The notes beneath the pieces were generated by a model, which saw nothing but the letters and a program-made list of their open reading frames with translations, was not told the DNA's origin and made no database searches. This document shows positions 45,903-55,565 of a DNA stretch of 64,000 bases, one piece after another. A program made the position numbers and the translations under genes. The first letter of the stretch is position 1. Each line of letters opens with the position of its first letter. Source of the DNA: Chloroflexota bacterium (GTDB lineage Bacteria; Chloroflexota; UBA11872; VXOZ01); contig OY760183.1 in the NCBI GenBank assembly GCA_963663275.1, positions 2,784,001 through 2,848,000 of the forward strand, in the 5' to 3' direction.

Positions 45903-47141
45903 TCAAAGCCCCACCCATTCTCCGTCCCGCGTCACTAGGCGTCCGCTCCTCATCACCGCCCGCACGTCGGTCAACGCCTCGATGCGGTCGGCCACGTCGC
46001 CATCGAGCAGAACCAGGTCCGCCGCCTTGCCGGTCTCGATCATGCCAATCTCATCCTGCAGCCACATCCCTTCAGCCGCCCTGCCAGTGACGCGGAAGAT
46101 GACGTCCACCGGATCGAGTGCGAGCGTATGGCACGCCTGCACGAGCCGCTGCGGCCAGTTGGCGATGTTGCGGCCCATGTGATCGCTGGAAAAGTACGCC
46201 TTGCAGCCGCGCCGTTCCATGTCGCGGATGAGATCGAACCGATAGTTCACCGCGCCCGGGCCTTCCCAGCCGCTGACCGCGCCGTCCCGCTCGGCGATGG
46301 GCACCAGCGTGGCAAAGATGTTCAAGTCCACGAAGATTCCCTTTTCCCCCGCTTCCCGGGCAACCTCGGGCACGTATTCCACCGTTCCTTCCTCAGACCC
46401 CAGCCAGTTGCAGTGGGCGAGAGCGTCTACGCCGGCCCGCACCGAATTGACGATGCCCTCCGTGGGATTGACGTGGGCGACGACCCGCTTGCGCAGGCGG
46501 TGGGCGTCTTCCACGGCCACGCGCATCTCTTCCTCCGAATACTGGGCGCGATAGCGGTTCGAGGGCGGGTCCGACGCCCCGCCGGTGGCCATGATCTTGA
46601 TGAAGTCCACGCCGCGAAAGACGAGTTTGCGGATCGCGACCTTGATCTGGTCGGCGTTGTCGGCGAGTTCCTCGATACCGAGATAGTGGCCGTGACCCGC
46701 CGTCGTCGTGATGCTGGGACCGGCCGCCAGGATGCGCGGGCCTACCGTGATGCCCTGATTGATCGAATCGCGCACGAAGAGCAATGAATCGCCAATGCTG
46801 CCGCAATCGGCCAATGTTGTGATGCCCGCCGCCATCGCCTCGCGGGCGGCTTGCAGCGTGTAGAGCACAATCGCTTCGCGGGGCGCGTCGATGCCCGGAT
46901 ACGACGGGTCGGCGGCGTTCTCGATGGTGAGATGGGTGTGGCCGTCGATCAAGCCGGGGATGAGGGAAGCGCCCGCGCCGTCGATCTCATCCCAGTCCGA
47001 GCGATCGGGAAACGCGGTATCGAGTTCTTGCCGTGAACCCACAAAACTGATGCGCTCATCTTCGATGACCACACAGGCATTGCGTCGCGCCTCGTTGCCG
47101 GTGCCGTCGACCAATACGTCCGGGCAGATTAACGTCGGCAT
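45903..47141 (-). CDS. Metal-dependent amidohydrolase
   Basis: PGLIDGHTH, IKIMATGG, VVAH, H, G.IETGKAADLV; RBS GAGGAGG. Confidence 0.9.
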   Translation of the reverse strand: MPTLICPDVLVDGTGNEARRNACVVIEDERISFVGSRQELDTAFPDRSDWDEIDGAGASLIPGLIDGHTHLTIENAADPSYPGIDAPREAIVLYTLQAAREAMAAGITTLADCGSIGDSLLFVRDSINQGITVGPRILAAGPSITTTAGHGHYLGIEELADNADQIKVAIRKLVFRGVDFIKIMATGGASDPPSNRYRAQYSEEEMRVAVEDAHRLRKRVVAHVNPTEGIVNSVRAGVDALAHCNWLGSEEGTVEYVPEVAREAGEKGIFVDLNIFATLVPIAERDGAVSGWEGPGAVNYRFDLIRDMERRGCKAYFSSDHMGRNIANWPQRLVQACHTLALDPVDVIFRVTGRAAEGMWLQDEIGMIETGKAADLVLLDGDVADRIEALTDVRAVMRSGRLVTRDGEWVGL

Positions 47142-47406
47142 AGTGGTTCCTCCTCGATTGGGCTGGAATTCTACGCAGGCAATAACATCGCCCCAGGGGC
47201 GTCGCGCGTGCTTCCCGCAAGCAACGTGAAACTGCAAAACTTCCCCATCCGCAATGCGCGTGCGGCACCCCTCAACGCGCCGCGCACGGCGGATGCTCCT
47301 CTTAGTGTATGGTATCTCCAGGAAACGCACACTGAGTCCTGAGCAGTTCCTTGCCGCCGCGAGGCGGGCACAGGAGACTGAAAGAAGCGGAAAGGGTTGC
47401 TTTACA

Positions 47407-48546
47407 ATGTCCGGTACTCGTTTGACCGATCCCGAAACAGTCGGCATGGATTCCGCGCAACTCGAACGCGCCTACGCGCTCATCGCGGGCTGGACCGAGA
47501 GCGGCTTCATGCCGGCCGCGGTCCTGCGTGTGGCGCGTCACGGCCAGACCGTCGCCCAGCGCGCCTTTGGCCGCATTACGGTGGAGCCGGGCGGGCCGCC
47601 GGCGCAGCAAGACAGCATCTTCATCATCGCTTCCATTTCCAAGCCGGTCACCTATACGGCGCTGCTGCGGCTGGTGGACGAGGGTCTGGTCAGCCTCAGC
47701 GATCCGGTTACGCGGTTCATACCGGAGTTCGGCGGGCACGACACGGCGGCGCCGGACCGGGACGCGGTGCAAGTTCGCCATCTCTGCACACACACTTCCG
47801 GCCTGCCGGACATGGTGCCGAACAACGTGTTGCTGCGCCGCCAACACGCGCCGTTCGCGACGTTCATCGACCACATCTGCCGGGTACCGCTGCTCTTTGC
47901 GCCGGGCACGGACATCTCCTACCAGAGCGCGGGCACGGCGCTGGCGGCCGAGATCGTGCAGCGCGTGCGCGGCAAGCCGCTGCGCGAGACGCTGGCCGCG
48001 GAAGTCTTCGAACCATTGGGCATGGAGGACACGTCACTTGGCTGGATTCCTGAAAGAGAAGCGCGCATCGTGGAGGCCATGCGGCCGTCGCATCTTGGCG
48101 GCTCCGATTACGACCACAACAGCCTGTATTGGCGCGAATTCGGCGCGCCGTGGGGCGGCCTCTTTTCCACGGTCGGCGACATTGGCCGCTTCCTGGAGAT
48201 GTACCACCAAGGCGGCGCGCTGGACGGCGCACGCATTTTGAGCCCCGCACTGGCGGCCGCCATGCTCAGCGACCAGACCGACGCCATGCCCGGCATTCCC
48301 GCCGCCACGAAATTGCGGGAAGGCTGGGGGCTGGGCTTCCGGCTCTATCGCCGCGCCAACCCAGTGTACTTCGGCGATCTGCTGGAGTCCGGCTCGTTCG
48401 GCCACACCGGCTCCACCGGCACGTTCGCCTGGTGCGACCCCACCAAGGCGCTCACCGCCGTCTTCTTCTGCAACCAACTCCACGAGCGCGTCCAGCACAA
48501 CTTCCAGGTCTTGAGCAACACCATCGCCGCCGCCGTGCGGGATTAG
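47407..48546 (+). CDS. Serine hydrolase, beta-lactamase class C-like
   Basis: SISK (SxxK), HTSGL, FAPGTDISY, FGHTG. Confidence 0.9.
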   Translation: MSGTRLTDPETVGMDSAQLERAYALIAGWTESGFMPAAVLRVARHGQTVAQRAFGRITVEPGGPPAQQDSIFIIASISKPVTYTALLRLVDEGLVSLSDPVTRFIPEFGGHDTAAPDRDAVQVRHLCTHTSGLPDMVPNNVLLRRQHAPFATFIDHICRVPLLFAPGTDISYQSAGTALAAEIVQRVRGKPLRETLAAEVFEPLGMEDTSLGWIPEREARIVEAMRPSHLGGSDYDHNSLYWREFGAPWGGLFSTVGDIGRFLEMYHQGGALDGARILSPALAAAMLSDQTDAMPGIPAATKLREGWGLGFRLYRRANPVYFGDLLESGSFGHTGSTGTFAWCDPTKALTAVFFCNQLHERVQHNFQVLSNTIAAAVRD

Positions 48547-48626
48547 AGCAATAGAGTGTCACGTCAATCGTTTTGAACAACGGTTGGTAACGGGTACAAT
48601 ACCCAAGCATATGCGCGAAAGAACAG

Positions 48627-48827
48627 GTGAAGGCAAGATGCGTGTTCCTATCTCGGGCTCTTGAAAGGTGTCTCGACTTGCATCTCGTTTTGCGGCGTTG
48701 GAAAGACAGAATCATGTTGCACCGCCTGGCAGATGAACACGTCCGCGGCCTGCTTTGCGTAACGCAGGGACATTTCGCTCGCGCCCATTCCGCCCCATCT
48801 CCGAGCGTCGCCGCGCCCACAGGATAG
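48627..48827 (+). pseudogene. Decayed ArsR/SmtB metalloregulator fragment (C-terminal half)
   Basis: LSRALERCLDLHLV.RR..RIMLHRLADEHVRGLL...GH resembles ArsR wing/alpha5 (YYSLADEHV..LL...H); no N-terminal half; directly upstream of a P1B ATPase. Confidence 0.55.
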
Positions 48828-48831
48828 TGCC

Positions 48832-50790
48832 GTGACCCACGACCACGACCATCACCACGACCATTCCTCCGGCGGGCTCCTTGCGGAGACCGGAACGCGC
48901 CTCACTCTCGCTTCCGGCGCGCTCCTGCTCGCCGGCATCATATCCAGTATTGTCGGCGCGCCGGCTCTCGCGCAGTCCGGTCTCTATCTTGCCGCCGTCC
49001 TGATTGGCGGCGTGCCAATCGCGCGGGCCGCCTGGGAGACGCTCAGCGAACACCGGCGGCTTTCCATAGATGCGCTCGTGGTTGTAGCCGTCATTGGCGC
49101 GGCTATCCTGGGACAGTGGTGGGAAGCGGCGGCGGTGGTGTTTCTCTTTTCTTTCAGCGAAATGCTGGAGGAATTCACCCTGGATCGCGCCCACAGCGCC
49201 ATCAAATCCCTGATGGAACTCTCCCCGGAAGAAGCCCGGGTCAAAGTCGATGGACGCGAAACAACCGTGCCCATCGAGAGTGTCGCGGTCGGCGCAATCG
49301 TGGCGGTGCGCCCCGGAGAGCGCATTCCCGTAGACGGCGACGTGGTTGTGGGCAGAACGACCGTTGACCAGTCGGCAATCACGGGCGAGAGCGCGCCGGT
49401 TGCCAAGACTCTTGGCGACAGCGTCTTTGCCGGCGCCATCAACCAGGAAGGGTACGTGGAAGTAGCCACGACCCGGCCGGCAGCCGAAAACGCCATCGCC
49501 CGCATCGTGCGCCTGGTGGAGGAAGCGCAGGAGAAGAAAGCCCCCACGGCGCAGTTCATCGACCGCTTTGCCGCCTACTATACGCCCGGCATTGTCGGGT
49601 TCGCCTTCCTGGTGGCCGTCGTGCCCTGGCTGGCGTTCGGCCAGCCCTTAGCGGAGTGGGTGTATCGCGGTCTCGTGCTGCTGCTCGTGGGCTGCCCCTG
49701 CGCTCTGGTCATATCCACGCCGATTTCCATCGTTGCCGCCATCGCCCGCTCGGCACGGGACGGCGTGCTTATGAAGAGCGGTACCGTGCTGGAACTCATC
49801 GGACAGGCCAAGGTCATGGCATTTGACAAGACCGGCACCCTCACGCGGGGACAGCCGGAAGTCACCGAAGTCATCCCCGCCGCGGGCTACAGTGAAGAGG
49901 ACTTAATCCAAATGGCCGACAGGCTGGAGCACCGCTCCGAGCATCAACTCGCCGCGGCCATTCTGCGGCGGGCGGGGCACGTCGATGCGGCAGAAGGCAG
50001 CGGCCACGTCCACACGGAGGAAGTCCTGAACTTCGAGGCCATCGCCGGCCGCGGCGTGCGCGCGCAAGTGGACGGCGCCGCGTACGTGTGCGGCAGTCCC
50101 GACTTTCTCCGGTCGCTCGGCTATGACACCGCGCCCTTTGAAGACACGGCTACCAGCCTGCGAGACTCAGGCAAGACCGCGCTGCTGGTAGCCGAAGAGT
50201 CGCGAGTTGCGGGGCTCATCGCCACTATGGATACGCTCCGGCCGGAAGCCGCGCCCACGCTGCGCGCGATTGAAGACATGGGCATCTCGCAATTGGTCAT
50301 GCTCACCGGCGATAGTGAACCGACGGCAGCGGCAATCGCGCGGCGCCTGCCCGTGAGTGACGTTTCCGCCGAGTTGCTGCCCTGGCAGAAGGTCGTAAGG
50401 GTCCAAGACCTGGTGAAAGCCCACGGCAACGTGCTCATGGTCGGCGACGGCGTGAACGACGCCCCCGCCCTGGCCAGCGCCACCGCCGGTATCACGCTGG
50501 GCGGCGCCGGCACGGACGTGGCGCTGGAAACCGCGGACGTGGTCTTGATGGGCGACGACCTCAGCAAGATTCCCGCCGCGCTGCGCCTCAGCCGCAAGAC
50601 CATGACGGTGATCAAGCAGAACGTCGCCTTCTCGCTCGGCATCAAGCTGCTCGTGCTGCTGCTCACCCTCTTCGGTCTGACCTATTTGTGGATGGCAATC
50701 CTGGCGGACGTGGGCGCGACGCTCGTGGTGGCGGCCAACGGCCTGCGCCTGCTGCGCACGCCCGACACAACGAAAGCGGAAGAGCCATGA
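48832..50790 (+). CDS. Heavy-metal translocating P1B-type ATPase (Zn/Cd/Co; CadA/ZntA-like)
   Basis: His-rich N-terminus, TGES, CPC, DKTGTLT, SEH, GDGVNDAP, TM K and ADVG (P1B-2 signature). Confidence 0.92.
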   Translation: MTHDHDHHHDHSSGGLLAETGTRLTLASGALLLAGIISSIVGAPALAQSGLYLAAVLIGGVPIARAAWETLSEHRRLSIDALVVVAVIGAAILGQWWEAAAVVFLFSFSEMLEEFTLDRAHSAIKSLMELSPEEARVKVDGRETTVPIESVAVGAIVAVRPGERIPVDGDVVVGRTTVDQSAITGESAPVAKTLGDSVFAGAINQEGYVEVATTRPAAENAIARIVRLVEEAQEKKAPTAQFIDRFAAYYTPGIVGFAFLVAVVPWLAFGQPLAEWVYRGLVLLLVGCPCALVISTPISIVAAIARSARDGVLMKSGTVLELIGQAKVMAFDKTGTLTRGQPEVTEVIPAAGYSEEDLIQMADRLEHRSEHQLAAAILRRAGHVDAAEGSGHVHTEEVLNFEAIAGRGVRAQVDGAAYVCGSPDFLRSLGYDTAPFEDTATSLRDSGKTALLVAEESRVAGLIATMDTLRPEAAPTLRAIEDMGISQLVMLTGDSEPTAAAIARRLPVSDVSAELLPWQKVVRVQDLVKAHGNVLMVGDGVNDAPALASATAGITLGGAGTDVALETADVVLMGDDLSKIPAALRLSRKTMTVIKQNVAFSLGIKLLVLLLTLFGLTYLWMAILADVGATLVVAANGLRLLRTPDTTKAEEP

Positions 50791-51194
50791 ATTCACAAGC
50801 ACAGGGACATCTCGGCCAAACCGATCAAGAAGTGAAGCGCGCCAGCAAGGGGCGCATCGAAGCCGTGCTGAGCCTGCTCGATACCGGCGAGCGGCAGATC
50901 TACGTGCTGCACGTGCGCCTGTTGCCGCAGGTCCGCACCTTGCGGCGGCGCTTCCGCGAGGTAGACGCCTTGCGGCTGATGGGCTTCACGCCCCGGCCGG
51001 AGTGTCCGTACTTCCCTTACCAGTGCTTCTACGCCGGCTGCTACTACCGTGAACTGGGCGAAGCTTCGGATGAGGCAGCCAAACAGCGTTTCGAGGAAGT
51101 CTTCGATAACGCGCTGGATTCCCTGGCGGAGGCTATCGAACACATCCTGGCCGGGGCCTGGCTGGCGGAGGAAATGGGCCTGCCGTTGAAATAA
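50787..51194 (+). CDS. Hypothetical protein, translationally coupled to the P1B ATPase
   Basis: ATGA overlap; GC3-rich codon use; C-x6-C-x4-C motif. Confidence 0.6.
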   Translation: MNSQAQGHLGQTDQEVKRASKGRIEAVLSLLDTGERQIYVLHVRLLPQVRTLRRRFREVDALRLMGFTPRPECPYFPYQCFYAGCYYRELGEASDEAAKQRFEEVFDNALDSLAEAIEHILAGAWLAEEMGLPLK

Positions 51195-51200
51195 CGCGGT

Positions 51201-51785
51201 TCAGGCGGGCACAACCCGGTCAACGTCCAAAACTACGTCCGGGAACGCCTGCGGGGCGATGCGTGCGCCGGCCCCGGCATGGCGCACACGGGCGTATGCG
51301 CCGCCTTCAGGTTCGGTGTAGGCTTCGATGCGGCGGTTCTCCCGCGTGACTATCCACACCTCCGGAATCCCGGCGCGGGCGTAGGCGGAGAGTTTCGCGC
51401 CCCGATCATAGTCAACGCTGGTGTCGGCAACCTCGATTAACAGCAGCACGTCGCCTGGACCGGGGTGCCCTCCCTGGTAGAAGTCGTCCCGCCACCGCAG
51501 CAGCATCACGTCCGGCTGCGGCTCGCTGCGCTTGTTCAGGCGCGTGGGGTTCTGGACGCGCACGATTGCCCGGCCCTGCAATCGAGGCGGCAGCACATTG
51601 GTAAAGCGGTCAACACTGGCGGCGTGCCAGTCGCCAATAGGCGGCATAACGATGAGATCTCCCTCCAGCAGTTCAACCCGATCGTTCTCGGCCAGGATGC
51701 CAATCTTGGCCATTGCGTAGTACTCGGCCACGGTGAACCGGCGGCGGGTCGGCGCTAACGCTGGGGGAGCAACGGTAGTGGCCAT
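51201..51785 (-). CDS. Uma2 family endonuclease-like protein
   Basis: RRFTVAEY, RVELLEG, EPQPD, LLIEVAD.S...D..K...YA.AGIPEVW. Confidence 0.9.
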   Translation of the reverse strand: MATTVAPPALAPTRRRFTVAEYYAMAKIGILAENDRVELLEGDLIVMPPIGDWHAASVDRFTNVLPPRLQGRAIVRVQNPTRLNKRSEPQPDVMLLRWRDDFYQGGHPGPGDVLLLIEVADTSVDYDRGAKLSAYARAGIPEVWIVTRENRRIEAYTEPEGGAYARVRHAGAGARIAPQAFPDVVLDVDRVVPA

Positions 51786-51979
51786 GGCAATCCTGTCAAT
51801 TCGATTCAATGGAATGCTACGCTCTGTGTCGCGCAAACAAGCTGAGCTGAGACGTTGCCAGCCGGTCTCTCTGCGGCGCGCATTCTATGGTAAACAGTAG
51901 CAACGGAAGTTGTCAATTGCCAATCCGCACGCTCGAGGCATCTTGCTGCGCTCGGAATGCCATGAAGTGTCAACCCTAC

Positions 51980-52567
51980 CTAGTACGCGAATTGCGGTTC
52001 CCAGTCGCCCGGGCCGTCCGGCAGGAGAGCGAAGAGGTGCCAGACCCCGCAGTAGAGATCGCCGGGGCCGAAGAAATCCCTTGCTACGCGCATGATCGCG
52101 CCGTCCGGGTCTCTGTGGAAGACGGACACGCCGGGCATGGCGTGCGAGTCGAAGTGCTCTTCTTCTGACGCGAATCCCATGTCCTCGATGAACCTGGAGC
52201 CTTCCGTCGAGTACATGCGAAAGCGCCATCCCCGCTTCATCGCAAAGTCCTTTTGGATGTCCGGGCGGTCAGGCGACACCACCGCAAAGGCCGCCCGGCT
52301 CTCCAAATGATGGAGTACGCCGTTGAACTCGTCGGCCCACAGCGTGCAATAGGGACAACCCGCGCCCATGTTGTGAATCAGTATCAAGTCAGCCATATCG
52401 CCAAACAGCGTGGAAAGCTTTACGCTGCCGTCAGGCCCCTTGAGCGTATAGTCCCTCACCGGCTCCGGGGGCAACCGGCGGCGGAGGGCGGCCACCCGTT
52501 GCTTCGCCTCCTCCAGTTCACTCAACGCCGCGGCAAGCTGAGACTCCACATCCGCTTCGGCTGTCAT
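51980..52567 (-). CDS. DUF899 thioredoxin-like protein
   Basis: RRRLP, V.LS.LFG, GCPYCT, GVSVF, FGPGD.YC. Confidence 0.85.
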   Translation of the reverse strand: MTAEADVESQLAAALSELEEAKQRVAALRRRLPPEPVRDYTLKGPDGSVKLSTLFGDMADLILIHNMGAGCPYCTLWADEFNGVLHHLESRAAFAVVSPDRPDIQKDFAMKRGWRFRMYSTEGSRFIEDMGFASEEEHFDSHAMPGVSVFHRDPDGAIMRVARDFFGPGDLYCGVWHLFALLPDGPGDWEPQFAY

Positions 52568-52856
52568 TGGGCTTCCTCCTTGCTGAGACCGTGCCCGGGT
52601 GCAAACTCCGCCTGGACTGGCGCTACGGCGAATGCGGTGGCTCGCCGCGCGCCTTTGCAAAGCTCATTGCCCGGACGGTAATTACTCTCGACGCCAAGAA
52701 GCGGGGGACAAGCCCCCGCGCTACGTTTATGCGACAACACGAGAGACAAGCCCCCGCGCTACCGTTCTCCGGCACGCGCGCTTGCGCGGGCAAGCGCGCG
52801 TAAACCGAGTCCGCGCCAAGGTCGGACGAGCGTCCTGAGAGTAATGCGCGCCAGGC

Positions 52857-54797
52857 TTACTTCTTTCCCTTCTCGCTCTGCGCGTTGTAGAGCCCGATAA
52901 CCTCCCGCACTGAGGTCGCGTCTTCGGGGCCGCGGTCTTCACGCACAAAACCGATGACCCTGGGAAAGCGCAGCGCGTAGCCTAAGGCGTCAGATTCCTC
53001 GCTGCGCTCGGAATGACATGCTGTCTTCTCCCGGCTGGCTGTCTCTTTCGGACTGGGCGCCTCGCCCCGGCTGGCTGTCTCTTCCGATCCAGATGTTTCG
53101 CCCCGGCTGGATGTTTCCTTCAAATTGGGTGTCTCATCCGGGCTGGGTGTTTCCCACCTTCTGCCGCACGTGTGGGTAGGGCTGCGCGTAATCTCATCGG
53201 CCTGGATCTCAACCACGTGGGCGGGAACACACCACACGTCCGGCTCGATCTCGGCCTCCACCCGCGCCGGCTTTTCTGCCGCTTTCTCCTTGTCCAGCAG
53301 TTCGCGCATACGCTCCCATTCTTCTTCAGAGAACCCCGTGCCCAGGCGCGAAATCGTCACAAACAGGTCCCGCTCCCGGTCGTACACGCCGAGCAGCAGC
53401 GAGCCGATGCCCAGCTTGGAGCGCGCCCCTTTGCCGTACCAGTAGCCCAGCACGACGCAATCAACCGTATCGGAGAGTTCGCCCTGGTACGAACGCTTCA
53501 TCTTGATCCAGTCGAAACTGCGGCGTCCCGCCTGATAGAGCGAGTCCGGCTTCTTCGCCATCACCCCTTCCAGGCCGTGCTCGATCTTGTCGGCAAAGAA
53601 CGCCTCGATAGCATCAACGCTATCGGTCTCGATGTTCTCCGTAACCCGCAAGACCGGGCCTTCCCGCAGGAAGCCCAGCATTTTCTGCCGCCGCTCCGTA
53701 TAGGGTTGACGGGTCAGATCCACGCCGTCGAGATAGAGCAGGTCGAAGAGAATCAACCGCAGCGGCAGTCTCTCCGCCATTTCGTCGATGTTGTGCTTGC
53801 GCCGCCGCTGGGTCGTCATTTGGAACGGCAGGAACGCGCCGGTTTCCACGTCGTAGGCCAGGGCCTCGGAATCGGCGATGAACGTACGGCCTGCCGCCTG
53901 CTCCCGCACGGCGGCAACCACGTCCGGGAACATGCCGCTGAAGTTTTCCAGGTGGCGCGAGTACATGGTGACGTTCTCGCCGTCGAAGTGCACCTGGCAG
54001 CGGATGCCGTCATACTTTGGCTCCACCGCGCACCGGCCCAGACGCACAACCAGGTCTTCCATCGACTTGACCCGCTCGGACGCCGCCGGAATGACCGGCG
54101 TGCCGACCGCTATGTGTATTTCTCCCAAGCCGACCACGCCGGACCGCCAGTAGACCTTGGCGACCCGCGCCAGGTCGGCGCAAATGCTATAGGCGCGTTC
54201 GATTGGCGCGCGATGTTCTTTGGACCCGGTGCGGGCATAGGAGAGCGCGTCCATCACCGTCGGATCCCCCACGCCCAGCCGCAAGCGCCCCAGGGGGATG
54301 CGCAAGAGATACCGCACTTCCTGCTTCCCCACGTGGCGCAGGAGATCGGCCAGGAGCGAGATTTTCTTGTCAACGGAACCCTCGCCCTCGGTCAGCGCGA
54401 TTTCCGTCAGGCGCTCGAAGACCTCTACGACCGTCAACGCGCCCCGCTCCCGTTCGATGCGCTCTTCCGCCACCGCGCCGTAGTCGCCGATTTCGCCAAA
54501 ACGGCGGCGCACGTCGTCCACAGCCGCGCCAACGCCTCGCGCTACCGCCTCTGCCGTAAGTCGCTCGCCGACGCCAAACTCGATTGGCGCGTAGAGCGGC
54601 GCCACCCGCCCCTGCAAGAGATAGATCACTGTGTCCATCTCCTCCGGACGGGTCTGTGTGAAGAGATCCGCCAGCAACTCCATCATGCGGATGCGGCTGC
54701 GGGTGGCGTCGAGTTCCGCAAAGTATCCGGCCAACTGCTGGAACGTGAGGGTGGATGCCTGGGGCGCAGCCGTGGTGGGGTCAATGGTCGCGGCCAT
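52857..54797 (-). CDS. lig: ATP-dependent DNA ligase (DBD + adenylation + OB domains)
   Basis: EPKYDGIR motif I, DSEA, FDLLY, EGVMAK, WIKMK, ALRFPR...REDR; contains a repeat/REP insertion in the OB domain. Confidence 0.93.
   Translation of the reverse strand: MAATIDPTTAAPQASTLTFQQLAGYFAELDATRSRIRMMELLADLFTQTRPEEMDTVIYLLQGRVAPLYAPIEFGVGERLTAEAVARGVGAAVDDVRRRFGEIGDYGAVAEERIERERGALTVVEVFERLTEIALTEGEGSVDKKISLLADLLRHVGKQEVRYLLRIPLGRLRLGVGDPTVMDALSYARTGSKEHRAPIERAYSICADLARVAKVYWRSGVVGLGEIHIAVGTPVIPAASERVKSMEDLVVRLGRCAVEPKYDGIRCQVHFDGENVTMYSRHLENFSGMFPDVVAAVREQAAGRTFIADSEALAYDVETGAFLPFQMTTQRRRKHNIDEMAERLPLRLILFDLLYLDGVDLTRQPYTERRQKMLGFLREGPVLRVTENIETDSVDAIEAFFADKIEHGLEGVMAKKPDSLYQAGRRSFDWIKMKRSYQGELSDTVDCVVLGYWYGKGARSKLGIGSLLLGVYDRERDLFVTISRLGTGFSEEEWERMRELLDKEKAAEKPARVEAEIEPDVWCVPAHVVEIQADEITRSPTHTCGRRWETPSPDETPNLKETSSRGETSGSEETASRGEAPSPKETASREKTACHSERSEESDALGYALRFPRVIGFVREDRGPEDATSVREVIGLYNAQSEKGKK
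52992..53160 (-). repeat. In-frame insertion in ligase: ~8 x 18-bp tandem units plus a REP-D copy
   Basis: ETPSPD ETPNLK ETSSRG ETSGSE ETASRG EAPSPK ETASRE KTA followed by CHSERSEES (= TGTCATTCCGAGCGCAGCGAGGAATCT). Confidence 0.85.
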
Positions 54798-55313
54798 GAG
54801 GGGGTCTCTCTCCCGGTGGTGGATTGAAGACGACGTGCGAGGTAAGCGGTATTGCCAAGCGCGCCCGGTTAGCGCCGCTCTCAGCCAGGGCATAGAAGGG
54901 CATGAGTGGGACGCAAGCGGAGACTGCGCTTCAGGCTGCCTGGCGGCAGCGGGATCTCCAGCGGAATCATCGCGACACGCCCGGTTGGCGTGAGATTCGC
55001 GCTTGACCCTCGAGTCGAACGCGCCGCGCGGAACGTGGGTAAGGAGGAATGATCACGAAAAAACGAAATGAAACCAAACGCGCGATGAAATCGCCAGGAG
55101 GGCTACGGAGGCCTTCCTCCATAGTTCAACGTATTCTACCACAATTCCGCTTCGACTACCTATGCCGCCGGCAGCGCAGGCCCTTCTCCACGGGCACCCC
55201 AGGCCCCATCCCTCCGGCAGCGCAGGCCCCATTCCTCCGGTAGCGCAGGTTTGAAACCTGCGTCCCGCGCCAACGTGCCCGCTCATTCGCCTGCCCCAGC
55301 GGGGGACAAGCCC

Positions 55314-55475
55314 CAATGCTGTCGCATTAAACACAATGAGAGTGAAAACAACGCTCGTTTCTCCGGTAGCGCAGGTTTGTAACCTGCGTCTTCCGTAAGG
55401 TCAATCCATTCCGTTCTCATTTTTCTTGTTCCGGCGGGGGACAAGCCCCCGCGCTACGTTAATGCGACAGTATTG
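55314..55475 (-). mobile_element. 162-bp MITE (family A), copy 3 (reverse orientation)
   Basis: TIRs CAATGCTGTCGCATTAA / TTAATGCGACAGTATTG; 11-bp TSD GGGACAAGCCC at 55303-55313 and 55476-55486. Confidence 0.9.
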
Positions 55476-55565
55476 GGGACAAGCCCCCGCGCTACGTTCC
55501 TTCCCGGTCAACAGACGCTAGGCGACGAGTCGCAGGAAGGGAGCAGGTCATTGGCCATCGCTCCG

